Shown here: piece after piece, positions 54,488 through 64,000 of the stretch
How the letters are laid out: each line of letters opens with the position of its first letter
How positions within the stretch are numbered: position 1 is the stretch's first letter
From: Octopus vulgaris
Taxonomy: Eukaryota
Direction: 5' to 3'
Length of the DNA stretch: 64,000 nt
Assembly (NCBI GenBank): GCA_951406725.2
Contig: OX597814.1
Location: 103,726,001-103,790,000, forward strand
Made by a program: the position numbers and the translations under genes
Notes under the pieces: model-generated
Told to the model about the DNA's origin: nothing
Databases searched by the model: none
The model's input: the letters and a program-made list of their open reading frames with translations, nothing else

Positions 54488-54702
54488 CTTTTCTACTCTA
54501 GGCACAAGAAGGCTCGAAATTTTTGGGTAGGGGGCTAGTCGATTACATCGATCCAGTACACAACTGGTACCTAATTTATCGACCCCTAAAGGATGAAAGG
54601 CAGAGTCGACCGCGGTAGAATTTGAACTCAGAACGTAAAGGCTGACGAAATACCACTAAGCATTTAGTCCGGCGTGCTAAAGTTTCTGCCAACTCGCCGC
54701 CT
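54488..54702 (-). mobile_element. SINE family B subfamily with a different tail, 18-bp TSD
   Basis: TSD CCCAGCAG(A/G)TACAATATT at 54470-54487 and 54704-54721; tail CTTGTGCCTAGAGTAGAAAAG. Confidence 0.9.
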
Positions 54703-55935
54703 TCCCAGCAGGTACAATATTGTAGGTAATATCATATCAGGAGTGTAAAATTATAACGAAGGAATTGAATATATTACTGATTTTTAGGTGCAAAAGGAAA
54801 AGGGCCCGCATTTCTACCCGAGTAAATAGTTTGTTTTACTGAAGAGGTTTAATAAAACCGAAACTTGTACATTGTTTTCTTATTTTTTGCTTTCATCAAC
54901 ATCACTTATACATATGCACACGCATAATTATACACACTCACATACACATATGTACTCTTATATGCACTCACACACACACAAATCGCTGTTCGTTGTCCTT
55001 AAGCTTTTGTTTCTATATCCCCACCAGGAAAGCAGTTTCAATCAAGCAGTTCACATAACGTTTCCCTACACCCCTCCAACCAGCATGAGCATGTAACCGC
55101 CAAGCAAAATTGACTTCAAAAAGTGGACCTTTGATTTCAAATAAAAGGTCAAGATGATTCCAGGTTGTTCGACCATTAGTTTTGAAGTTTACTAACAACG
55201 ACAAATGGCAACCCTTGTTGAGGTCAAAGAGATTGCTAATAATTCTTACAGTAATTCACTGTGTCTCGATAATGGCCAACCTATAGCACTGATTTTTAAT
55301 CTGTCTATCTGTCTGTCTGTCTACCTATCTGTCTGTCTGTCTACCTATCTATCTGTCTGTCTGCCTGTCTACCTCAAGCCTACGTCCTATCTGTGTATGC
55401 ATGTGATATATCCAACATACATCCATTAACCACTTGTGGAGTGGTCGGAATCCTTCCACAACAGCATGTATCCATTTATCCATCCAATACTACTTACCTA
55501 ACGGCTGCTGTTTCAATGATCGTCTGCTGGTTCGGGAAGACATCGTTGATGAATTAATAATAAAGAAACGAACAGCTGTGCTTTCTCTCTCCCTCTGCGT
55601 AAATTCTATTATTAAAGTAAAAGTCATCTGGGAAAAGTTCTTAGTGATGTGTCAAGCATTTATTGTCATTTTCCTGGATGGTTATAGCGAAGAATAAACG
55701 TTTTGAGGGGCTCCTTTTTAGAATCAAAGTGTCTGGTGGACATCTTACATAGCATCGTAACGTTAAAGATAGATTTAAGATAATTCACTGACTAAAAATA
55801 GGATGTCATAAAAAAAAATGGACGTTTTTTTTTTGTTTAAATATATACGCATATTTACATACATGCACACACCATATGTGTACGTGTGTAAATATGTATG
55901 CATATATATATATATATGTGTGTGTGTATGTATAC

Positions 55936-55995
<60 letters not shown>

Positions 55996-56350
55996 CTATA
56001 TATATTTATTTGTGTGAGCGGAGGGAGAGGAGAGAGAGAGAGAGATGGGGGTGGGAGAAGAGAAGGGGGAAGAGAGAGAGAGAGAGGAAGAGAGGGAGAT
56101 GGAGACAGAGAGAGAGTGAGTGAGAGAGTGAGAGTGCATTATTGCGGCAAACTAATTTTTGCTTTTTTGCCATCCTGAAATGTTATAAAACGCTGGCTCA
56201 TCACCTTTCCGTTCCACATGGATGACTTTTAAAAGTTTACCTCATCAATCATTTTCCTATATTCATTTTTTTTCTTCATATCTTTGACTTGTTTTGTTCG
56301 TTTCTTTTCTTCTTATCAATATTTCGTGGCTATTATACTCGTACTTACGC

Positions 56351-56386
<36 letters not shown>

Positions 56387-56818
56387 CGACGCATACATAC
56401 ATTATTTATGCATAAATCATACGAGTATACATACATACACACACACAACTGCATAAGAGACTCGAGGGTCTTGTATTTCGTGCGTTGCATATATCAAAGT
56501 AATTCGTAATCGTCAATTTTCCTTTTAATGTATGAAAAAAATTACTTTTTCTAGACGTTTCTATTAAAACACCATTAGAGGGCTGCGCGTTAAGCAAAGA
56601 GAAAATATATACACCATAAAGCAAAAACACTCTAAAAATATACATCATTTTATATATATTTGTGTGTGCGCGCGCGCAAATGTATATATGCATATATATG
56701 TATATCATTATATATATATATATATCTTTACACACACACACTCTTATATAAATATATATCTATATATATATATATATGTGTATGTATGTATGTATATATA
56801 TATATCTTTACACGCACA

Positions 56819-56862
<44 letters not shown>

Positions 56863-56880
56863 TGTATGTATGTATGTATG

Positions 56881-56933
<53 letters not shown>

Positions 56934-57220
56934 CAATAAATATGCATAAAAGCTACATCAATACACATGCGTATATACATAGACACAAATAGATAGGCAT
57001 ACTGATATATGCATGCATATGTGTACACAAACTCTCTTCTTAAACATTTATGTAATTTTTATTTACATATGTGCTTGTGTATGTATGTATGTATATTTGT
57101 GTGTATGTGTTTATATATGCAGTTGTATATCTGTCTGCCAGTCTCTCTCTTTATAATATATGTATGTATAAGTATATACATGCATACAAACACACACACA
57201 CACATATACGCACATGCAAA

Positions 57221-58380
57221 CAGGGTGCGAAAGTTGTATGAGAACATATTTGGTAATTTAATAAAACAACTCTAATCTCGCAAAGACTGATAAGCATTCT
57301 TCAAAGATTATTCTATGAATCCATCTTTGGCTTTGATGACTGTGAGACCAGAATCGTTGCCATTCCTGCGCTAAACGGTCCTTATTCATTTCGGATGTCA
57401 CTTGGACAATGGCAGCCTTCAGTGGAGCTATATCATTGTGAAGATGTCGGTTATTCTCTCTTTCACCAAAGCTCCAAATGTAGAGGTCTATGGGATTTAA
57501 ATATGGCGTCTCTGGAAGCCACAAGTTTGGTGCTTCATGATCGTAAAGCTTATCTGACGTCTATTCTTGGGTTACGTGGGCTTTGTGCAAACGTTCTGAG
57601 TCTTGTTGAAATACATTTAGCCTTCTATTGCGTACTTCATTCATTCAAAGCTTAACAACTGTCTCCAGCACCTTCTCTGTCCATCTACATTCATTCTAAG
57701 ACTCTGAGGAAAGATGTCTGTTGGTATGATGACTTTCGTTACTCACCAATTCTAAAACCATTTCAGTTGTTGGATACCTGGTGCGCGTCACTCTGGAGAC
57801 ATCTGAAGGATCTGCACAAAAACATCGGTCATTTCTTCTCTTAGACTTTTGGTCTTGGTTGAAGTTTTTCACATTAAGGAAGAACCAAAACATGCTATGA
57901 TTGTGAAGGATTTTAACTCGCTAAGTAACCGCTTTACATGGATCAGACCGTTTCCTTGTGTCTTTGCAGACATGAATTGAATGCCCTCGTGCACACAGTT
58001 CTGAAAGTCCACTTCAGTACCTGAAGTTCTTTGGTTATGGTTCACGCTGATTTTTCGAGAAGTGTCATCAAAAAGTTTTGAACCTATTCGACGAATTGGG
58101 GTGTCCTTACAGAATGCTTTTCTCCGTGATACAATTGAAACATTCCTGCCAATGGCTTCCAATTTTATCTCAACTTTTTGTACAAAAATTGTGCAACGTT
58201 TCAAGAGCTGGAAATTTTTAAATTTCTGTGTTCCATACACTTGGCAATAATGACTGCATGTTTTTTTTTTCTTATGTTAGCATCTTAACTGCCATGGGAA
58301 ATCTAAAAGAAACAAAAATTGGTTTGCAGAGAGTAATAGACTTATAATTCAGTGTCAGTAAATACGCCTCAGACCCTTTG
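57221..58380 (-). mobile_element. Decayed maT/DD37D-like Tc1/mariner transposon
   Basis: KNFNQDQKSKRRNDRCFCADPSDV...RYPTTEMVLELVSNE and WLPETPYLNPIDLYIWSFGERENN...LKAAI; degenerate ends CAGGGT / ACCCTTTG. Confidence 0.8.
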
Positions 58381-58604
58381 TGTGTATGTGTATGTGTATG
58401 TGTGAGTATGTGTGTCTGTGTGTGTATGCGTATATGTCATATATATACTCACGCAAAACGTTTACTCAGCACATTTCTATTTTCTCTTCTGGAACCTGAC
58501 CATACATCATCGACCAAGTCTAAAACTTTGTATCGAGTTAACACTGAACTCAGTTTTCTTGAGAAGAATTCCCAATTGTACCATTTTTATACTGTTTGAT
58601 TTAT

Positions 58605-58635
<31 letters not shown>

Positions 58636-58730
58636 AACACACATACACACACACACACACCCATCTTTTTATAACTTTCGGCACTGTTCTACATATAACA
58701 TTAAGTGATGTGCAGCGACTGTTGATGCCC

Positions 58731-58796
<66 letters not shown>

Positions 58797-59394
58797 TATA
58801 CATATACACATACATACACACATACATACATACATACATTCATACACAAATATACACACATGTATGTATGTATTATTATATATATATGTGTGTGTGTATG
58901 TATTTTATATATATACATATATATATATACAGACACACATACACAGATGTATGCTTGTATGACCTATATATATGACCTATATATGAGTGTGCGAGGGAGT
59001 GAGAGGGAGAAAGAGGGGGTCTATAAAGTAGGTTAGTAGTAGAGGGTGAAAGAGTAAGAAATAACGAACGAGGGCCGCCGTTTATCTCTGCGCTCTGATT
59101 CTTGCTGATTGCTTTCTTTGAGAAATGGTAAATAATCAGAATATGTTTTAAGGGTAAATATAAGAATGTGTTTACCCCACCAAGAGAGGAACGAAGCCAT
59201 GGCATTGTAATCTATGATACCAGAATCTCCTCGTTTACCATTTATTAGTGTGGGGTACATGATGATGATGATGATGATGATGATGATATACCATTTTAAT
59301 CACTTCAACTTCGTCATTCAGTTCTTATTGCAACATAGATATGATCATGTTGTGGCATGCATGCCTCTCTTGGACTGTTGATTTTTAGGCATTA

Positions 59395-60460
59395 TCTAAA
59401 AATTTATTTTTCCACTTGGTCAGTCTAGCTCTGCTCCTCTCATGGCCCGAACACTAGAAACATCTTTCATATCATGCTTTCTGATCAAAATATAATCTAT
59501 GAGATACCAGTCCTTAGATCGTGGGTGCATCCAAGTGGTTTTATATTTATTTTTCTGCTTATTCTCAATACAAAACGTCAAAAGAGCCCCTCCATTTTTA
59601 TTACATTTTCCAATCCCATGTCGGCCTAAAACAGACTATGAAACTCTTGCGTTGAAATCTCCCAATATGACCAGCTTGTCAGAAATTGTCAGAATAGTTT
59701 CATCAGGATGAGACATTGTTGATGCATAAACACTGACAACGGTAAGAAACCTACCTTTTTGTCAGTTTTATACAGCATAACATGGTTCGTTCAGATATAC
59801 CACTTGGAAATTCTGCAATGAAGGATACTAATGAATTCTTGAGAGCAAACCCAACACCAGATCCTCTACGCTGATCTTCAGGTAAGCCTCTCCAGAAGAT
59901 AGCATATCCATAAGTAGGTTCATTTATTTGACCCTCACCAGAGAGACGAGTTTCAGAGTGCGCAATAATATCAAGGGAATACTTTTTAAGCTCACATGCA
60001 ACAAGTGCAGTACGCCTTTCTGGTCTCTTGTTGAAATTATCATCAAGAAGTGTGCGCACATTCCCACAGCAAAAATTCAGAGGATGTTTCCTGAAGATTG
60101 CTTGACCACAGTGACAGGGACACCCGTCGAGCCAAACCTGTTCCCCCGACCTCCCCAAGCCTTTTTTTGCCATTTACTGAATTTCTTTCAGACAAGTGCA
60201 TTTTCAGGTTTCTGCCAACCAATTAAATGATTTTACCAGGATTTGGTGTACAAGAAGTACCTGTACAGATGAATAATTTCCACTGGGTGTAGCTTGGACT
60301 GCACTAAACCTACCTATTGGCCCAAGAAGACTTTCGCCGGTGTAACATGAAAATTGACAAAACCGGGAACTTCCAAGGCTTCAGGTTTTATTTTGGAGAT
60401 TTCCTTCTCCTACGTAGATTACCAAGCAAGGTTAAGGAGCTTCTACCTGCCCATAAGGCA
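59395..60460 (-). mobile_element. RTE (BovB-like) LINE 5' portion with AP-endonuclease
   Basis: GNVRTLLD...RPERRTALVACELKKYSLDIIAHSETRLSGEGQ...SGVGFAL...LVILGDFNARV...WMHPRSKDWYLIDYILIR. Confidence 0.92.
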
Positions 60461-60615
60461 AGCTATCCCGTGCCAGATACCGAACCGACACCCAAACACT
60501 CTATAAAGTGATCCAATATCATTCCGGTGTCCGACACGGAGCAGCGCATTCATACATTAAAAAAAATGTAAGACGTGATTTGAAAATATAAACAAAATAA
60601 GATGTAAATATAAAT

Positions 60616-60646
<31 letters not shown>

Positions 60647-60724
60647 GTAAAGATATACATATACATACATGTAAGAATATATTTAAAAATGATATATACA
60701 TATTTACACATATTTGTTGGATAG

Positions 60725-60910
60725 CTGTTGACTACTCATGAGTTCCTCCGCCCTTTGACAGGTCTTATTTTCCATCCCACAGGGTGTCCAACAATTACCT
60801 TCCTCACCAAGCAAGCCTGGTGGTGTAACCAGTTTAGTTGCCGATGACCCGACCATGCAACAAGCTGTACTGGATTACATGTTAACAGTAGCACTCAAGA
60901 GCGACCTGAC
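60725..60910 (-). mobile_element. RTE 5'UTR-like repeat containing an HDV-like fold candidate (60829-60883)
   Basis: Homologous to 51255-51390; nested helices described under findings. Confidence 0.45.
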
Positions 60911-60942
60911 ATATTATATATATATATATATATATATTTATA

Positions 60943-61215
60943 CACATATTAAAGGGAAACCAGTATGTGGACACCCTTATGCTAGGAATAGATCCGCTAT
61001 GGTCTTACCACTAAGAAATGTTCTCAAGAAAAATTTAGCGAAACATTTCTTAGTGGTAAGACCATAGCAGATCTATTTCTAGCATAAGGGTATCCACATA
61101 GTGGCTTCCCCCTAATATGTATATAATACAATTTTACTGAACCTTCAGTTTTTTTTTATATGCTAGACCACTGGTGTGAAATCGATGTTAATTAAATTAA
61201 TATCAATTTCTCGCT
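60943..61215 (+). mobile_element. Long hairpin (arms about 80 bp) plus conserved tail; probable ultra-truncated PLE
   Basis: GGGAAACCAGTATGTGGACACCCTTATGCTAG...CTAAGAAATGTT / AACATTTCTTAG...CTAGCATAAGGGTATCCACATAGTGGCTTCCC; tail ATATGCTAGACCACTGGT at 61158. Confidence 0.6.
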
Positions 61216-61244
61216 TTCATTTTAAATTTAAGTTTAAATTTAAG

Positions 61245-61324
<80 letters not shown>

Positions 61325-61515
61325 TACAAATATTTTTAATTTCATTTTCATTCGCATCAATGTTTTACTTCACAACTTTTTCCACTTCACAAAGCCTTTC
61401 TAAATCCTTGCGAACTTTTTAAAAAAATACTATAACATCTTTAAAAAATATAAAATTACTCGAGATATATTTTAAGCTTTCTCAATTTTTAAATTATTTT
61501 AATCGATTTATTTGT

Positions 61516-61599
61516 ACTTCTGATGAGAGAAATGCGACTATTTGTATCGGCTGGAAAAAATCGGCCAATACAAATGCATTCCTCGAAACGATCGAAAGG
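61516..61599 (+). ncRNA. Hammerhead-like motif with long stem II; cleavage triplet degenerate
   Basis: CTT-CTGATGA-GAGAAATGC..ATTTGTATCGGCTG/CGGCCAATACAAAT..GCATTCCTC-GAAA-CGATCG-AA-AGG. Confidence 0.5.
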
Positions 61600-61749
61600 T
61601 TTTGTAAAAACTACTTTTCTTTGGATTGTAATGTTGGAGTGCTTGAAACCTAACATCTCGATGAATTTTTTATGTTTTTTTGTATTCTCATGATAGACGA
61701 ACTTGACCTACGAAAATCTGTCATCCACTCTGATTTTTGTTATATTTTG

Positions 61750-61809
<60 letters not shown>

Positions 61810-61811
61810 AG

Positions 61812-62006
<195 letters not shown>

Positions 62007-62559
62007 CAAATGTAATAGGTGCTAGACCACATTTACGTTGCTGGTGTATCACCATTTCCATAAGCGGGGGTGTTGAGAGTTGGGGGTTAGGTGTCTGATC
62101 TTCTGAGAGTCGGCGACCAACTCTTTTAACATGTTAGACCTTATGTCTTGCGTGTCACTCGATGTTTTACCGAAGCAGCGGCCTGAGAGTGAGACGAGAT
62201 GTTCACCGTTGGAATGCCGTTGTTTAGCCACTGTCAGCTTGATAGCAACTTGTCTTGCTCACGCCGACAATGACTTGGCCAGGGGGATAAAGTATTCCTA
62301 TCAGCCTTGAGACTGAATCTGAGGCATTTCGTTTCATGAATATTTTTTCAACTCTGTTCAACTGTTTCCCGGTGAAGAAGAGTTTACCGTTCGAAATACT
62401 GTAAAAAAATAACTGTAATATAAAACCATACTATAAAATACATAAAACCAACTGAAAAATACACATAGTTCATACATGTACACGCACACACATTCATACA
62501 TACACACACACATATGTGTGAGTGCGTATGCTATGTATTCGTGGATATCTCCTCTCCGC

Positions 62560-64000
62560 TATCCACACACCTCGCCAGAGCACTTCCGTGGACTGTGCCT
62601 CTACTCTCTCTCTCTCCCCGCAAACGCCCGCCTCCCGGTTCCCTTACCTACTACCCCTCCACATCCAACGCACCATTCTCCGACCCTTCCGGTGACTCCA
62701 GTCCAACCCCACCACTTTGCATCATCGTCCCTATCATATCACTGACTCTACCTGCACTTCTAGCAACGTCACTTACTGCATCTCCTGCTCTTTCTGCCCT
62801 TCTCTGTAAATCGCTCAAACGGGACGTCGCTTTGCTGATAACCTCCGAGACATTGGACTCGGTAATGACAACTCGGCCTCGCGACATTTCCACTCTACCG
62901 GTCATTCATTACAACATCTGTCTGTGTTCGGATTGTCTTTGCACAGGGGCCATCCAGACTACCGCCTTCGCCGTGAACAGGAATTAATGTTCTCTCCTCG
63001 CTTCTTTACTCCACATGGCTCTTCCCTCTTCATCTGATACCTACTTCATCTTTTCACTCCTACCCACCTCTCCTCTCTTCTCTTACCCTGACACCTACTT
63101 CCTCTCTTCCCTTCTATCCACTTTCTCTCTTCATTGATACTCCCATCCATCCACCCCGCCCCACACATCCAACCCCCACACATCTCCACCCCACCCCACC
63201 CCATATCCTCACTCCAAACTCACACCCAACCCTCACATCCCCACACTGCCACACCGCCACACCACACACCACAACACCACCACACCACCACAACACCACC
63301 ACACCACCACATCACACTACCCACACCACTTCACACACACAAGCATTGACCATTTCCCAGCACCCACAACACACCGTCATCTGCATACCCACACAGCATC
63401 ATCCATACACCCACGCATTACAGACAACACACACACGCACACATTCACACGTCAAAGTCACTAGCTTCTATCCACACGCACACACACACTTTCACATACA
63501 CATACGCATACGCACCTTCGTTTTGGGATCACCAGTGCCTTATCTCCCCTTCTTCCTAGCTCTCCTGTCCAACTACCTTTCTCCAACCAGTCGCCATGAT
63601 TGACCGCTAAATCCAAAAGTTTTTTTATATTCTCTCTCTGTTTACTTCCTGGTGTTCTTTTCTGTTGAAGAGCATAGACTTGAAACGTAAAAGACTTAAC
63701 TTTTCCCGAGCGTCAAACTAATACACCTGCTTATTGTTTACAGACCTGTCTTCGTCTCTTGTTTTCCTGTGAATTTCAGTTAAGTACATACATACATACA
63801 TACATACGTGACCGCGTGTGTATCGTTTTTTTCCTCCGTCTTCCTTTCCTTGGATCTTTCCTTTTCCTATGTTTCTCACGAAGAGCTCCGCTCCAAACAT
63901 TAAATCATCCTTCTTTCTTTCTTTTCCTGTGCGTCCAATAACACTATACATGTTCCACGTCCTCGCGTTGTTGTTTTCTCTTTGTCTTTTCATGTTTGGA
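62560..64000 (+). mobile_element. Penelope-like element 3' part: GIY-YIG pseudogene (about 62740-63037) and 3' region with two decayed hammerhead-like motifs
   Basis: DSTCTSSNVTYCISCSFCPSL*IAQTGRRFADNLRDI...SRHFHSTGHS...RLRREQELMF..FTPHG; motifs CTGTTGA-a-GAGC..ACTT-GAAACGTA (63662-63689) and CTCACGA-a-GAGC-tcc-GCTC-CAAACATT (63875-63901). Confidence 0.85.

Overview
Repeat-dominated eukaryotic non-coding DNA, probably intronic or intergenic. The SINE families, the very dense (TA)n/(TG)n/(TATG)n/(GATA)n/(ATT)n microsatellites and the high AT content point to an octopus (coleoid cephalopod) genome; this is inferred from repeat content alone. No intact protein-coding gene is visible, and most ORF-track entries are translations of microsatellites. 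The window holds at least three tRNA-derived SINE families and decayed non-LTR retrotransposons (R4/Dong-like, another RLE family, RTE, and an L1/Tx1-like element). It also holds Tc1, mariner and maT transposon remnants, pogo- and hAT-type MITEs, Helitron pieces and several Penelope-like element (PLE) remnants. Three weak candidates for alternative first coding exons lie on the + strand. Main signals: (1) PLE-linked minimal type I hammerhead ribozyme motifs, including one canonical copy (29566-29629), a variant with a compensatory A3-U8 core pair in both arms of an inverted pseudo-LTR (35734-35768, 36501-36535) and a recurring U4C variant; (2) long DNA hairpins best explained as extremely truncated PLE insertions, two of which share a terminal motif; (3) a zf-RVT (L1/Tx1-like) LINE sitting inside a (GATA)n tract whose 3' tail is shared with the most abundant SINE; (4) an HDV-like ribozyme candidate at the 5' end of an RTE-like repeat. 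All calls were made by eye, without database searches.
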